DNA of 64,000 nucleotides. Source: Candidatus Omnitrophota bacterium (GTDB lineage: Bacteria > Omnitrophota > Gorgyraeia > JABMRN01 > RBG-13-46-9). Where the stretch lies: contig JBDRHE010000072.1 in assembly GCA_043817155.1 (NCBI GenBank), positions 1,345 through 65,344 on the forward strand, written 5' to 3'. The notes beneath the pieces are model-generated. The model saw only the letters and a program-made list of their open reading frames with translations, did not search any database and was not told the DNA's origin. Below, piece after piece: positions 62,605-64,000 of the stretch (its first letter is position 1; each line of letters starts with the position of its first letter). The position numbers and the translations under genes were made by a program.

Positions 62605-63318
62605 ATGCAAATAAAAATACTTTTTGATAGCGTTGCTTTGGATAATAGGTTTTTAACGGGTTGGGGTGTTTCATATTTGATTGATGGTAAGATTTTATTC
62701 GATACAGGGGAGAAATCAAGCTCGTTGCTTAAAAATATGAAAAATATGGATGTAGATATTTCCAATTTGAAAGCAGTGATTATTTCTCATGATCATTGGG
62801 ATCACAGAGGTGGTTTATGGGGAATTTTAAAAAAAAATCCCAAACTGAAAGTTTATATTTGTCCTCGTTTCAGTAAAAGATCCAAGAATAGGATTGTATC
62901 CCATGGAGGTCAATTAATCGAAGTTGATAAATTTACTCAGATATGTAAAAATATATATACTACCGGAGAGATAGGAGGAAAATATAATGGCAAGCACATG
63001 CCGGAACAAGCCTTAGTTTTAAAAACATCAAAAGGTATATCGATTCTTACGGGGTGCGCCCATCCGGGCATAATGAGGATAATTGAAAATGCGAAACAAA
63101 ATATTGCTGGCAATGTTTATCTTGTAATGGGTGGTTTTCATTTGAGAGGAAAGCATAAAAAAACAATCAGTCCCATCGTAAGTAAATTTAAGCAATTGGG
63201 AGTGAAGAAAGCTGCACCTGCTCATTGCACAGGCAGAGGAGCAAAAAGAATCTTTTTGAAGGTTTACAAGCGCAATTTTACTTCGATAAAAACCGGACAG
63301 ATAATAAATATCTGGTAA
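62605..63318 (+). CDS. MBL-fold metallo-hydrolase.
   Basis: ISHDHWDHRGG metal-binding motif. Confidence 0.65.
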   Translation: MQIKILFDSVALDNRFLTGWGVSYLIDGKILFDTGEKSSSLLKNMKNMDVDISNLKAVIISHDHWDHRGGLWGILKKNPKLKVYICPRFSKRSKNRIVSHGGQLIEVDKFTQICKNIYTTGEIGGKYNGKHMPEQALVLKTSKGISILTGCAHPGIMRIIENAKQNIAGNVYLVMGGFHLRGKHKKTISPIVSKFKQLGVKKAAPAHCTGRGAKRIFLKVYKRNFTSIKTGQIINIW

Positions 63319-63339
63319 ACTAAAAAAGGGGACGTTATT

Positions 63340-64000
63340 ATGAAATACATAGAGATTGAAAATCTTAGCGTTAGTTATGCCGGTAAACGTATGAAAAGAG
63401 CCCTGCGAGGTCTCAATCTCACTGTAAATAAAGGACATATTTATGGCTTTCTCGGTCCTAACGGAGCAGGGAAAACCACGGCCATTAAAACAATGATAGG
63501 ATTAATTCCGGAATACGAAGGCAAGGTGCTAATATTTGGCGGAGCTCCTACTGAGTTATCGGGCAAATATAAAATGGGATTTATGCCTGAAATAGCGAAC
63601 TACTATTGGTATCTTACGCCAAGGGAATTATTGAAAATGTATGCGCGAATATTCAATATCGATAAAAAAAAGACCGCTACTAAGATTGAAGAATTGCTTA
63701 ACTTGGTAGATTTAAACGATGCTGCTGATGATATGCTGAAAACTTTTTCCAAAGGAATGATGCAAAAGGTTAATTTTGCACAAGCGCTTATCAATGATCC
63801 CGAACTGCTTATTCTAGATGAGCCAACAAGCGGGCTAGATCCCCTTTCAAGGATTAAGATGAGAGATGTTATCAAGGAACTCCAACGTAGAGGAAAAACG
63901 ATATTCTTTTCTTCTCATGAATTGTCCGAAGTCGAGATGATCTGTGACAAAGTAGCGATCATAAAAGAAGGTACGTTATTGAGGTCCGGTAAGCTGGAGA
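63340..64000 (+). CDS. ABC transporter ATP-binding protein (3' end beyond the window).
   Basis: GPNGAGKTT Walker A, LSGGQ-like SKGMMQK signature and ILDEPTSGLD Walker B. No stop before the window end. Confidence 0.7.
   Translation, partial: MKYIEIENLSVSYAGKRMKRALRGLNLTVNKGHIYGFLGPNGAGKTTAIKTMIGLIPEYEGKVLIFGGAPTELSGKYKMGFMPEIANYYWYLTPRELLKMYARIFNIDKKKTATKIEELLNLVDLNDAADDMLKTFSKGMMQKVNFAQALINDPELLILDEPTSGLDPLSRIKMRDVIKELQRRGKTIFFSSHELSEVEMICDKVAIIKEGTLLRSGKLE

Overview
This 64-kb window appears to come from an anaerobic, acetogen-like bacterium with about 45% GC. No rRNA, tRNA or CRISPR array was found. Genes are almost all on the + strand and densely packed.

Landmarks, in order along the window:
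- lptG/lptF permeases on the - strand, a metallophosphoesterase, comF, and a Na/Pi cotransporter plus PhoU.
- glgC, a GT4 glycosyltransferase and rpe.
- mnmG, a radical SAM protein, a LOG-family protein and purH.
- A near-complete Wood-Ljungdahl locus from about 18.3 to 40.8 kb: folE, a minimal MetE-like protein, fhs, fchA, metF, folD, cooC, cooS, cooF, NuoE/NuoF-like genes plus a truncated NuoG-like ferredoxin, acsB, acsC, the reductive activator of the corrinoid protein (RACo), acsF, acsD and acsE.
- yjbQ, an Hps-RraA fusion, a Pta-N-terminal-like DRTGG protein, hldD and a flavodoxin-like FMN reductase.
- A biotin operon: bioB, bioF, a bioH-like gene, bioC, bioD and bioA.
- An iron-uptake and regulation block: fur, a split feoB, a Cys-rich small ORF, a DtxR/FeoA regulator and a permease.
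- A final cluster from 58.0 to 63.3 kb: a second Fur-family regulator, two NifX-like proteins, two glycine/proline/arginine-rich small proteins, a SAM-dependent methyltransferase, two MinD-like ATPases with a 4Fe-4S insert, an IscU/NifU-like protein, an MBL hydrolase and a partial ABC ATPase.

The two most striking observations:
- acsB encodes 1184 aa instead of the usual ~730 aa. It carries a 458-aa LAGLIDADG intein inserted exactly at the nickel-binding Cys-Gly-Cys motif of the A-cluster.
- The Fur-headed NifX/MinD-FeS/IscU cluster has two operator-like palindromes that resemble Fur boxes. The regulator's N-terminus carries the same Gly/Pro/Arg-rich 'MPxxDGTGP' motif as two downstream small proteins.

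The other unusual property is repeat density. Intergenic space is saturated with at least five families of short palindromic elements, with more than 30 copies in 64 kb. One family has 27-bp terminal inverted repeats and a GAAA-loop hairpin. Some copies are nested in one another, and several overlap gene starts or stop codons. Two tandem arrays with a 21-bp period sit immediately upstream of the flavodoxin-like gene and of feoB.
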